NCBI GenBank assembly: GCA_002633005.1
Contig: NMRA01000289.1
Span: 91,516-155,515, forward strand
Reading direction: 5' to 3'
Length of the DNA stretch: 64,000 bases
From: Phoronis australis
Lineage: Eukaryota > Animalia > Phoronida
Below the pieces are notes generated by a model that had not been told where the DNA came from, ran no database searches, and worked only from the letters and a program-made list of their open reading frames with translations. Below, piece by piece: positions 14,111 through 25,990 of this stretch. Made by a program: the position numbers and the translations under genes. Position 1 is the first letter of the stretch, and the number at the start of each line of letters is the position of its first letter.

Positions 14111-16087
14111 CTATTCGGAACATTGTGCACGATATGCAGCTACTAAAAACTTTGGAGCCATTTTCAACTCATTTGAAAAAAAAATTAAATAATGAGCAGG
14201 AAACAGTGTCTCCTCGCACACTACGTTTGTTTGCGCGATCTTCATCTTACCCCCTGTGACAGTCGTACTTTGCAGAATTTCACAACATTTTATGTCCCAC
14301 TGGGAACGTCGCTAGCACTTGTTTGGTGGTGGAAATACTTCTTCAACTTATGCGGAATTTAAGAATAAAACATGAGTGTTTCCAAAGAGCGCTTTGGTCA
14401 CTTTTTGTGTGAATGATTATTTTGTGTCCAAAACAAGACCATATACAGTTCTGCTTCCCCCCGGAATCACACACGCAAACACAGTGACTTACACAATATT
14501 CTCTCTCTTAGCCTTCAGCAGGTGTTTACGTAGAAAAGAAACCAAAGTACTTTTGTTAAAAATCCGCATATTTCCCATTTTTGGGGTAATTATATATTTT
14601 CAATTCATTATTAAATATTGGAAAAGAAGGAGGTTAACATTTTAGTATTCTATAATAAATACGTTTTATTAGAAACTCCACTTTTGCCCAGAATTACTGT
14701 ATAGGTACTCAAAGAGGGATCAATGTTTCTTGTACGTGGGTTATTTGTCCCACAAGACACTAGCAATTGGAAAATTGAAAAGGATGTTGAATGATTTCTG
14801 GTTTTCTCTTACAGAAGGTGCACATATCTGAAAGAGAAATGCCCATGCGTCTTGAAAAAACATTTGTGGTTAACATTCTATAGAATATATTGATTTATAA
14901 CTATCTTAGGCGTACATTATTTGTACAAAATACAGAGATTTGATAAATTATTAGTCACTCAGTCGTCGGTAGAGTGATTTCTAAATTAGTTTAATACTTA
15001 TCTAATGCTTTTTGAAATAATGTTTTAACAAATGCATCATAAATATTCCGGGTTAGAAAAGTCAGAGGAAGATCTATTCAACCGGCAAACACCCCCACCA
15101 CCACCTTGGGGTAGCTCTTAGTAAATTTAACTCTAATCAAGATCGACGCCTACAATGCCAACTACATGTAGCTGTAAAGGGTAGCGAGAATAAAACACAA
15201 ACTTAATCCATGCAACATTCAACGAAGAAATGGACCTTACATCGAACTACTTTGCTATATTAGTCTTCAAAGGTCACGTGTAAAGCTATTTCAATCGCCA
15301 ACTGTCGCCAACACTAAACAGTCTGACTCATAATACAATGAACGAAAGGCAAGCTATCTAAAACCTTAAAACTTCCTGAACATAAACTAACCCCGTAACC
15401 CTGCTAACCACCAATGATGAACAAATACAATCATTGGCCGTTATATTGACTTTTTGCAGTTCACGTCTGCTTCGATTGAATTTGTGTACGCTTGTAGCTT
15501 CGTAATCATGACACCTGGCGGCTTAAGTGTTCTTATGGGAATCCAGTTACACTGTAGCACCATTCGCCGGACATGCCAAAAGAAGGATTATGTTCTCGTG
15601 TGAACATTTTCGTGAAAAATCAAAAAGTATACTACTTTTCAATTGATTTTAGAAAAAGTGACCAAAAAGTCAGTGTTTACATCAATATTGGATACAACAG
15701 AGGATAAAAGGGTGTACTTGGTGAACCATATCGATATTGAACGTTGCTTTTTGCAATATTAGCGAGAATCAAGCTTCTGTGTGTCTCACACGTTTTCCGA
15801 ACGCACGTTTTTTTATTGCAGAACTCGCATGAAGCGTCCCAAGTGTGACTTAGTATGGTGTATATTTGTGTGGGTGTGAGCGCATGTCTGTGTATTTGCG
15901 TGTGCAGACTAGCTTTACAGTTCTGCACAGCTGTGTTCGTGAATTGGCCGAAGTAAATTTCGTAACGGTTTGTGCTTTTTGTGACGCAAAATAAACCTCA
16001 CAATCTTTTCGACAAGGCTTCGATAAGGATCATTGACAACCATTAGACAACTGGTAGACATGCATGATATGGTCGACTTATACTTAC

Positions 16088-16217
16088 GAGAACAGTTGTA
16101 GGCTACATTTAAAACTTTCTGGTCGTAATAAGACAGCATTACGCCACCATCCATTAAGGAAGACAAATCTGTATCTATAGCCTCCATGATGTTTTCCTTG
16201 AACAATACTTTAAAACT
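16088..16217 (-). CDS. Astacin exon 6 (end of catalytic domain)
   Basis: gtttag|SFKVLFKENIMEAIDTDLSSLMDGGVMLSYYDQKVLNVAYNCS C|gtaagt; LSxxDxxxLNxxYxC astacin C-terminal motif. Confidence 0.93.
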
Positions 16218-16547
16218 CTAAACAGAACGGTAGACATTGTTATAAACCAGCTGACGGACTTAGGCATTAAACAAACTTCGAATTAGGAAAACATGTTCTA
16301 CATCTATCGATAAACATAAACTAATACAGAAGTAAAAATTCATTCAACCAGGACAGAAGAGTCATGTAAAACCACGATTTTGCAAAGATCATAATCAGTA
16401 CAATTGATTTCGTAACTGTTTCAATTTACTCAACACATTAGTTTGTGTCTTGAAATTAACACACAGTCTACACAACTGAATTTTCGTATAATGTTTCTCG
16501 TATACGATAGTCAAACAGTGTAAGCAGGAAATTATCTACTACCATAC

Positions 16548-16748
16548 CTTTGTACCATAATGCATTATGCTGGTATAGTCGTACGGTATGAAAGAACGTC
16601 CTATAAAATCGGGATCTGTGAAAGTTTCATATTGGCTAGTAGCTGTTGTAATATCAAAGTTGACATCTACAAAGGCTGTTCCATCTTCGCGTGCTTGCTC
16701 GTGAATTCGACCGATAACGTGACCGATTTCATGTATGACTGTCCCAAT
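16548..16748 (-). CDS. Astacin exon 5 (zinc-binding motif and Met-turn)
   Basis: tttcag|IGTVIHEIGHVIGRIHEQAREDG...PYDYTSIMHYGTK|gtatgg. HExxHxxGxxHE plus SxMHY is diagnostic of M12A astacins. Confidence 0.97.
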
Positions 16749-17429
16749 CTGAAACAGTGCCAAATTAAATTAATGAGGAAGGCATGGAAATGAATGAAAC
16801 ATTGAATGGTATATTGAATTATGTACAAAAGAGAAGACGAATTATGTATAATTCGGTTCCATGTTGTTTTACGTAGCTTAACAGAGGAAAGAAGAGATTT
16901 TGAAGATGTTTACTCATTGGCCGTTAGCAGGATTACATCCGCAGAGTCACATTTCAGCGTGGTTCGTATACATGTAGGTCACGCTTAAAGACGAACAACC
17001 GAGCGTCGAAAGAAACAAATCTTTCAATTTCTTGTGATTTCCGAACATTTTGATGTGGTAATAACATATAGGTCAAAGACAACTATAAACAATTACATTT
17101 CTCCGACATGAATATCCAACAACGATGTAGGCATTCCACAAGAACCTTTCCTAAAGCTCGATCATATATTCTTTAGATTCTTTATATGATTGAACGGAAA
17201 CAGACGATTTTCGACTAATTACGCCAGCAGTCGGATTGCTTTGGTTGCTGAAATTCATACATTGTATGTCACATAGTGCTCAGCAATACAAAGGTGTAGG
17301 AGGAGGGCGGATTGCTGCCCCGTGAACCCCCTTGGATCAGAACCAGCGTAGTCTCCTGCATGATTGCTAGCGGAAATGGCAGAAAATCGAGAGAATTGTG
17401 TAGTGTTGTTACAACAAAGAAATACCTAC

Positions 17430-17517
17430 CCAGAGACACTCATCACCACCCAGGTTCACTCCGGAAATCCAGTATTTGGGATTAGAGGTCGTCCTCCTCC
17501 CGTAAGTTGCGTGACAT
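17430..17517 (-). CDS. Astacin exon 4
   Basis: tttcag|A TGT CAC ... CTC TGG|gtaggt; (G)CHATYGRRTTSNPKYWISGVNLGGDECLW, matching GCxSxxG...LxxxC; phases 2 and 0. Confidence 0.92.
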
Positions 17518-18332
17518 CTGAAAGGTTTTACTAGGTCACGTTCTTCATTTTAAAGCGGCTTTACACCAATCTTCCATTACAAAAACAACTTGTGATTGTA
17601 AGAGCTCTCACTATTAAGCAATTGATCTCCGTTTGCACCTAAGTTCAATTGCACACTATGATTTCAGGTCAGAACAGTTCGTTATAGCTTGAAATCAGGT
17701 TTTTCAAATGGATTGTCACGATGTGTCGTATCACGTGACCAGCAGGGTCCAAGAAATGACTTTTCATCCGTGTCGGGTGAAAACAATTCTATAGAGATAA
17801 CTGGTCTTTACCAGAAGTTCTCTTTTTGGACGAAATGCGGGTTTGTAGTCACTTTTATTGAGATGGAAAATTATATAACGTAACACAGTTGAATGTGAAG
17901 CAGTTATGGTTATCACAGTACTTAAAGAAATTAAAAAACAACCTGTGTACTTTCAGACCAATTTCAGTTCTTATCATCACGATTAAGACCTAAGAAAGAC
18001 GTGCACAGTTAACTGGCAAATTCTGCTAAATCGGCAAGCGTGATTGACGCTGTGGGCGAAATCGACGTGTATTGGAAAACGACGCCCAGCTCAAGCCACT
18101 GAACCCGCATATGTGATACGGTCGAGAGTTTTAGATAAATAATGCCGTTAACTGTCAGCGGAAGCATAAAGAGTACGTAGGTGGCAGAAGGATATTTGGG
18201 TGTCAACGGCATGTAAAGTGTAAAAGCTTTCTTCTAAAGTCTCTGGAAATGGATCTGAACTTATCGAAAGTGTCTAGCAAATGCAAATTAGTCGCAGGTT
18301 GAACACGAATCTTGTGTACGCTCGTTACTTAC

Positions 18333-18471
18333 CCAGGGTCGCTTCTATAAAACCTCACATAAGCCTCATTCGGCGTGCTAGATTTATAGTGAACGAAATT
18401 TAAACAAGTAGTCTGTCTCAACTTCGAAATGCCTGCATAGACTTTTGCCTTGGTATCCGCCGAGTAATGAT
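18333..18471 (-). CDS. Astacin exon 3
   Basis: ttgtag|AT CAT ... CCT GG|gtaagt; (Y)HYSADTKAKVYAGISKLRQTTCLNFVHYKSSTPNEAYVRFYRSDP(G). Contains the astacin TCLxF motif; phases 1 and 2 fit the neighbours. Confidence 0.92.
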
Positions 18472-19145
18472 CTACAATGCAACGCTTATTTGTGAATTAA
18501 AATGGTAAATTTTTGAGTATATAGGCGTTGGGCCAGAATTTGTAGGGCTTCTAGAAAATGGTTTTTGTGAGTACTTTAGGGGGCAATTTTATTTCGGTGT
18601 TTCTTAATTCATTTACTAGAGTGTTTTCAAAATCTGAAAAGTTCCCACATATAAAGTTGCTCATTTTTGAGAAATTTGAGTTTTAAATTACATAATAACC
18701 ACCATAGAGCTTAGAGAACTTACATTTGTAAAAACAACAGCCTTTGCTATCTTTTTTGTAAAACAAGTGAAAGGTCCCAACAATGCCATTGTATTGAACA
18801 ATAATGCACTCACAAATACATATTTTACTGTTGTAGACTAATTGGAAACAGTGAAATTTAAAAAATGTAAAGTGACACCTCGTGTCAGAATTGCAAACTA
18901 AGTCTGAATGTTACTAGGAGGTTATTCTGACATTGTCTGGCAACAAAAATAACACAAAACACTTGAGACTGGGCAAAATTTGTACCTTGATGACTGAACC
19001 ATTGACTAATGGTGTAAAATATAGCTTGTTTCCATAATACACCAGAAATACGTTATAGTACAAAAACAATATAGTTGAATGATCTCTGTGAATGTGCACA
19101 CAGACTGTGTGAAAATAGTTTATTCTGACAGCATTTATCAAGCAG

Positions 19146-20046
19146 TGTCAGAATAAATATTGAATGATTAAGTAATTAGTAAGAATAGATCCATTTTAAG
19201 TTGCCCAAAATTTGTGCATATGTACTTTTAAATCGTGGGGTCAGACTTGTTGACATGTATTTTAACGTCAAAATCTATTTTTAGACGGTGTTTACAACTT
19301 TGGGTTCTGGGGTCAAAGTACTCTGGAGATTCTAGAATATTCTGAGAACAAATTGTAACAGCTAATAATATGAGTGGATATGATCATGTGGTTTTTATTA
19401 GCCAATCACTAAATAAGTAGAATGTTATAATATGGGCTGAAATCAACAAGATAATTAGATGCGCTATAGTAGTTGAAGCATAAAGACTTGCTACGGTGTA
19501 CAGAAGCAGTTGTACGACAGAGCCATCTCGTGGAAGATTCTAGAAAGGATCTTGGCAAGGGCAAGGGTTAACGAACAGGAAGTTAACTTAGAGCTTGTCA
19601 CTTGCATTGTGGGTAGTAAGATACTACCTGAAGTGTTGCGTCATCAGCCAGAGACTGTGACCAGCAAGAAGAATCGCGGGTAGAAGAAATTGCCTGCAAG
19701 TGTTGCATTACTAGAGACGGTGACCAGCAAGTACACTGTCGCTATACAGTGTGTGTAGTTCGAAGATTCACCAACAGGACAGACATCCAACAAGTGGAGA
19801 GTAATAGCTTGGATAGCAGATAAGACATTTGATCGTTTTGGTTGTTTGTTTAAAATAATCTTTAAAGAGGGCGCTAGCGTAGTTACTCTTTTTAGTTGAT
19901 TACTTAATTAACAATAGGTTTCATTTGTCTAATTAGGGGTTATCATATAATAAATTAATTACTGGATTTGATTATTCACTCTCCATCTACGCACAATCTC
20001 AAAGCATAGCTACCTTTTAAACAAACCCGCAGTCAAACATCTGACA
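19146..20046 (+). repeat. 5' LTR
   Basis: Direct repeat of 24646-25540; by-eye comparison gives roughly 20-25 substitutions and 2 small indels (~97% identity). Confidence 0.97.
19329..19546. promoter_or_regulatory. Two heat-shock elements in 5' LTR
   Basis: TTCtaGAAtaTTC (19330-42) and GAAgaTTCtaGAA (19533-45). Motif match only. Confidence 0.6.
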
Positions 20047-20048
20047 TT

Positions 20049-20064
20049 TGGGGGCCAGTCCGGG
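20049..20064 (+). promoter_or_regulatory. Primer binding site, tRNA-Pro-like
   Basis: TGGGGGCCAGTCCGGG 2 nt after the LTR, versus the canonical tRNA-Pro PBS TGGGGGCTCGTCCGGG (2 mismatches). Confidence 0.75.
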
Positions 20065-20175
20065 GGAGTTTAAATAAAGGTTAACGTGGTTGTGTTGAAT
20101 TGTTTTGAATCCTGTAATTACTGTTTGAATATTAATTAATAAAGTGCATTCTGGGAACAAAACCCTTCCTCTCAA

Positions 20176-21430
20176 ATGGATTTTGAAAAGTATATTACGC
20201 AAGCGAAACAATTCGGTTATACCGGTGAAGAGTTAAGGAAGTGCGCAGAGGAGCTCTTACGGCAGGCCTCGGAGCGTGAAGAGCGCGCCCACAAACGAGA
20301 ACTGGAAAAGGCAGAGCTTGCACGGGAACAAGCAGAGCGGGCCCAAGCGATTGAGATTGAGAAGCAGAAGACACTGCAACTCCAGATTGAGCTCAAAGCG
20401 ACACCTAGTGGTGGGGCTCCAAGTAATGGTGTACGTACCAGTCGTCCCAAACTGCCAAGGTTCGACGAGCGCGTCGACGACATGGATGCCTTCCTAGCCC
20501 GATTTGAGACGTTCGCCACAAGCAAAAAATGGGATAAATCGGAGTGAGCTTTGGATTTTAGTCCATTGTTGACAGGAAAAGGCTTACAGGTATTCAACAA
20601 TATGCCGTCCGACCAAATTAACAACTATGACCAACTAAAGGTGGCGCTGCTGCACAGGTATGAATTAACCGAAGATGGGTTCCGACGAAAGTTTAGAGAG
20701 TCCAAGCCTGAAAAGGGTGAAAATATGTTCCAATTCGGGGCAAGACTGAAAAGGTTCTTTGACCGATGGACACAACTGGCGGAGGTCGAGGCGACTTATG
20801 ATGGACTCAGAGACCTATTGATCCGAGAGCAGTTTCTAGGAGTATGCCATCCTGAGATGTCCGTATTCCTGAGGGAACGGAAACCGAAGACCTTCGACGA
20901 GAAGTCGGCCATTGCTCAACAGTACATGGACGCCCACTGTACTGGTTTGTTGGGCAAAGGGTTCGCAAAGAAAGACTTGGGATAGGTAGCCAGAAGACAG
21001 GCACCGCCAAGCAACACAGAAGAACGAAGGACAGAGACACCTCGTTCGTCAATGACCAGAAACAAGGGTGACAAAGCGTGTTTCAATTGTCATCAGAAAG
21101 GTCATCTAACAAGGGACTGTGGAATGAAAGACTTCCAGTCCAAAAGATTTGCTGCAGGTAAGCAGTCGTCTGCCTCGCAGCAGGAACGGGCCAAGACAGA
21201 AGACACTAAGAAGTCGGTGATGTATCAAGCTGTGGTAGCAAAGGGTAGTCCGATAGAGCAGCACATAGTTGATGGCTGTCTGCAGTTAGTCGATGGGACA
21301 TCGATACCCGTAGAGACAGGGACCTGTGATAAACACAGAGAGCCTCCTGCTGACCACAACATGCCCGTTTGTGACGGTTACGTCAATGAAACAAAAGTAC
21401 GCATGATGCGTGACACCGGATGCAATAGTG
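20176..21430 (+). pseudogene. gag (coiled coil, SCAN-like capsid, CCHC knuckle) and protease start
   Basis: PKLPRFDE..., YDQLKVALLHRYELTEDGFRRKFR...LIREQFL, CFNCHQKGHLTRDC, MRDTGC; in-frame stops at 20545 and 20983, frameshift near 21430. Confidence 0.92.
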
Positions 21431-24400
21431 CAGCGGATGAAGACGTCCCTAGTCAAAGAAAATCAACTGACGGGGAAACAACACATCTGTGTGTTAATAG
21501 ATGGGACAGCACGATCCTTTCCCATAGCGAAGATTGTGGTATACACTCCATACTTCGTTGGTGAAATCGAGGCGATGTGTATGCGAACACCGATATACGA
21601 CCTCATCATAGGAAATGCTGTTGGCGTCAGCAAGGATCCTGATCCCAATTGGAAGCCACAAGGCAGTGTCATGTTCGCAGTCACTACTAGAGCACAGGCT
21701 AAGGAGAGAGAGAAACCTATTAAGCCTTTGGCGGTGACTCCATCCGGAGTGGAAAGTCTCGACGTCAGCAAATTGAAGGACGAGCAACAACATGATCCTT
21801 CCCTACGTAAGCTCATGCAACTTGTTGAGAAAGACAAACCAGCAAGAACACGTGGTAGAGGTCAATACTGGTATGAGAAGCAGAAGGGGGTCCTGTACCG
21901 AGTGTATACTGATAACACCAAAGAGTTGCGTCAGATAGTTGTCCCTGTCAAATATCGACAACAGGTTATGACGCTAGCTCACGAGTCAATCGTAGGTGGG
22001 CACCTAGGTGTGAAGAAGACCAGTGATAGAATAGCCAGTAGCTTTTATTGGCCAGGAGTTGGCAGTGACATAAATCGTTTCTGCAGATCGTGTGATATCT
22101 GCCAGCGAACAACTCCTAAGGGCAGGATCTCTAAAGTGCCATTGGGTGAGATGCCACTTATGGAAGAACCGTTCCAGCGTATCGCTGTTGATTTGATTGG
22201 TCCTGTGTCGCCGATCACAGACAGAGGCAACCGGTACATTCTCACCATCGTAGACTATGCCACACGATATCCAGAGGCAGTCCCTCTACCAAGAATAGAA
22301 GCTGAGCGAGTCGCAGAAGCACTATTTGAAACCTTCTGTAGAATTGGCTTTCCACGAGAGGTGCTTAGTGACTGTGGGACACAGTTTACCTCAGAAGTTC
22401 TGAAGGAAGTTGCACGGTTGATATCCATGAAGCAACTGTTCACCACTCCGTACAATCCGAAATGCAATGGATTGTGTGAGCGTATTAACGGTATACTGAA
22501 GAGTATGCTTAAGAAAATGTGCCAAGAGCGTCCACAAGACTGGGACCGGTACTTACCAGCAGTACTGTTCGCCTACCGAGAGGTACCTCAAGTGAGCACA
22601 GGTTTCTCGCCATTTGAACTGTTGTATGGTAGAACCGTGCGAGGGCCCATGCAGGTGCTTAAAGAGTTGTGGACTGGCAATGAAACACCAGACGTACGGA
22701 ATACTTATGAGTATGTCCTTGACTTGCGACATCGTCTGGAAGAGACATGTGAACTGGTGCGGGAAAACTTACGAAATGCTGGTGAAGCATACAAGCACCA
22801 TTATGACAAAAAGACACGAGATCGTCGCTTCAAAGTAGGAGACCAAGTCTTAATATTGTTACCAACTGACAGTAACAAGCTGCTACTGCAGTGGAGGGGT
22901 CCCTATGAAGTGACCGAGGTACTCAACAAAATGGATTATCGAGTAAGGGTTGGTGGAAAGACCAAGACATACCATGCCAACCTCTTGAAACTCTATGTAT
23001 CTCGTGACCAAAGTGCGGCTGCAAGTAAAGATGATGCAGATCAGAATTCTGACATCGCGGCCATAGCTGTACTACAGCCTGAAATGGACAATGAAGTTGG
23101 TGTTGTCGATGATGAACATCTACTAGAGCTGGGATCGACAAACCAAAAAGAAACGTACAAAGATGTCAAGATATCAGACGAGCTCACTACTAGCCAACAA
23201 AGGGAGGTGATAAGTCTGCTAGAAGAGTACTCTGACATCTTTAGTGAAGTACCAGGTACGACCCATCTGGTTGAGCACAAGATTGAGACCATCAGTGAAG
23301 AGCCGGTGAGAGTCAAGCCGTATCCCCTGCCATATGCCACACGGTCGGTTGTGCAGGAGGAAGTTGACAACATGTTAAAGTGAGGAGCCATAGAACCATC
23401 CGATGCACCCTACAACTCTCCGGTGGTCTTAGTGAAGAAGAAGGACGGTTCAAATCGATTCTGCATCGATTTTCGTCGTTTGAACGCCATCACCAAGTTC
23501 GACTCGGAACCGATGGGCAATCCTGATGACATCATGGCTAAGATCAGTAAAGACCAGTATTTTACAAAGATTGATCTGAGTAAAGGGTACTGGCAAGTCA
23601 TTGTCGCCGAAGAATCACGGCCTAAGACCTCGTTCGTAGTAGCAAGTGGTTGCTACAAGTTCAAAAAGATGCCATTTGGTCTGGTAAAATCGGCAGCGAC
23701 CTTCAACCGCATGATGAGGAAGATGTCGGCAGGAGCACATAATACAGAACATTATGTGGATGACATTCTGTGCCATAATAAGACCTGAACTGAACACCTT
23801 GCCACCTTGATAGACACCTTCCAACGTGTGCGAGAGGCTGGACTAACGATTCGACCCACCAAGTGTGCGGTTGGATCTCGTTCCGTCGATTTCGTTGGAC
23901 ATGTGGTCGGTGAAGGGCAGCTAGCAATGGATGAAGAAAAGTTAGGACGCATCCGAGATGCACCAGGACCCAGAACGAAGAAACAAGTTAGTTGTTTTCT
24001 TGGGTTGGCTGGATACTACAGGAAGTTCATCCCAAACATTGCTGAAATCGCCGTCCCTATTACTGAGCTCACAAAGAAGAAACAGTCTAACACCGTGCGA
24101 TGGGAAGAAGCTCAGCAGCATGCATTCGACACTCTTCGGGCGCGGCTGACGAGAGCACCCATACTGAGATTACCTGATTTCAGTAAACCTTTTATTATTC
24201 AGACTAATGCGTCAGATACTGGTATAGGCTGTATTTTGTTGCAGGAGTATGATGATGGCAGGTTCCCAGTAGCATGTGCTAGTAAGAAGTTGTTACCTCG
24301 GGAACGGAATTACTCTGTTTTAGAGAGGGAATAATTGGCTATTGTATTTGCCATCAGAAAATTTGCGAAGTACTTGTATGGTAAAGAATTTATCATTCAT

Positions 24401-24559
24401 ACTGACCATCAACCCATGACTTACATTCAAAAAAGTAAGTTAGTCAATGGACGCATCATGAGGTGGGCCTTGTTTCTGCAAAATTATCGATTTAAGGTTG
24501 AAGCTATCAAAGGCTCAGAAAATGTTGGTGCCGATTACCTGAGTAGATTAGAGTATTGA
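21431..24559 (+). pseudogene. pol: protease end, integrase, reverse transcriptase, RNase H
   Basis: Integrase HESIVGGH...CRSCDIC, VDLIGP, SDCG, NGLCER; then RT FCIDFRRLN, IDLSKGYWQ, MPFGL, YVDD; then RNase H TNAS...ERE...TDHQP...ADYLSR. Stops at 23381, 23786, 24332. Confidence 0.95.
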
Positions 24560-24645
24560 AGATTTATGGAAATTTGTCAATAGATCTAAGTGTTAATCAA
24601 TGATGAGAAAATCTTAAGAAGTATTTTCTTGATGAGGGGCTTATT

Positions 24646-25540
24646 TGTCAGAATAGATATTGATTAAGTAATTAGTAAGAATAGATCCATTTTAAGTTGC
24701 CCAAAATTTGTGCATATGTACTTTTAAATCGTGGGGTCAGACTTGTTGACATGTATTTTAACGTCAAAATCTATTTTTAGATGATGTTTACAACTTTGGG
24801 TTCTGGGGTCAAAGTACTCTAGAGATTCTAGAATATCCTGAGAACAAATTGAAACAGCCAATAATATGAGTGGATATGATCATGTGGTTTTTATTAGCCA
24901 ATCACTAAATAAGTAGAATGTTATAATATGGGCTGAAATCAACAAGATAATTAGATGCGCTATAGTAGTTGAAGCATAAGGACTTGCTACGGTGTACAAA
25001 AGTAGTTGTACGACAGAGCCATCTCGTGGAAGATTCTAGAAAGGATTTTGGCAAGGGCAAGGGTTAACGAACAGGAAGTTAACTAAGAGCTTGTCACTTG
25101 CATTGGGTAGTAAGATACTACCTGAAGTGTTGCGTCATCAGCCAGAGACTGTGACCAGCAAGAAGAATCGCGGGTAGAAGAAATTGCCTGCAATTGTTGC
25201 ATCCCCAGAGACGGTGACCAGCAAGTACACTGTCGCTATACAGTGTGTGTAGTTCGAAGATTCACCAACATGACAGACATCCAACAAGTGGAGAGTCCTA
25301 GCTTGGATAGCAGATAAGACATTTGATCGTTTTGGTTGTTTGATTAAAGTAATCTTTAAAGAGGGCGCTAGCGTAGTTACTCTTTGTAGTTGATTACTTA
25401 ATTAACAATAGGTTTCATTTGTCTAATTAGGGGTTATCATATAATAAATTAATTACTGGATTTGATTATTCACTCTCCATCTACGCACAATCTCAAAGCA
25501 TAGCTACCTTTTAAACAAACCCACAGTCAAACATCTGACA
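24646..25540 (+). repeat. 3' LTR
   Basis: TG...CA ends, preceded by purine tract GATGAGGGG (24631-39), followed by the TSD. Confidence 0.97.
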
Positions 25541-25671
25541 AGCAGTATGAGACAAATACATGACAATGATCAAAGTATGTACTTTCTATGACATAATCAA
25601 CTAATAAAATTCACTTTTTAATACAAAAAACGCGAAATAACGGTGTTGGAGGTCCATTTAGGGTTGGCTTG

Positions 25672-25990
25672 TCAAGAACTATCCAATGTTATGCAGTCAG
25701 TGTTGCTGATGTTACTACAGTTGTCACAGCTGCACATTTCTGTACAGTTTGACCCAGCATTGCACCACAAACTCAGTTTCCTAGCACACATGTTTTTTTT
25801 GCACTTGCAGCGTTCATCGTTTAGTACTGTCAATGGAGCTGCGGGCATTGCCATACATTTACATTTTAACTGCAAAGCTCCAACGCCAAGGAGCCAACTT
25901 TGGTCTATTAGAGAGGGTACAGCACTGTGCACTGGTGATTGGCCTGCAGGCAATGAAGGGTCAAATAACTAAGTCCTTGTTTGGAGGCGG
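25672..25990 (-). pseudogene. Academ transposase C-terminal Cys-rich remnant
   Basis: ...PAAPLTVLNDERCKCKKNMCARKLSLWCNAGSNCTEMCSCDNCSN; upstream region to about 27800 is fragmentary with stops. Confidence 0.7.

Larger units (their letters stand above)
19146..25540 (+). mobile_element. Full-length Ty3/Gypsy LTR retrotransposon, Gmr1-like (gag-PR-INT-RT-RH), disabled
   Basis: Two ~900-bp LTRs with TGTCAGA...TCTGACA ends, 5-bp TSD AGCAG (19141-45, 25541-45), PBS, PPT and all pol domains. Confidence 0.97.

Noticed and set aside
15677-15928. Cys-containing minus ORF just downstream of exon 6
   Set aside because: No recognisable domain; partly CA-rich low complexity; the EGF exon at 6483-6590 gives the expected continuation.
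20217-23963. Numerous antisense and alternate-frame ORFs over gag-pol
   Set aside because: Shadow ORFs of the retroelement coding sequence.
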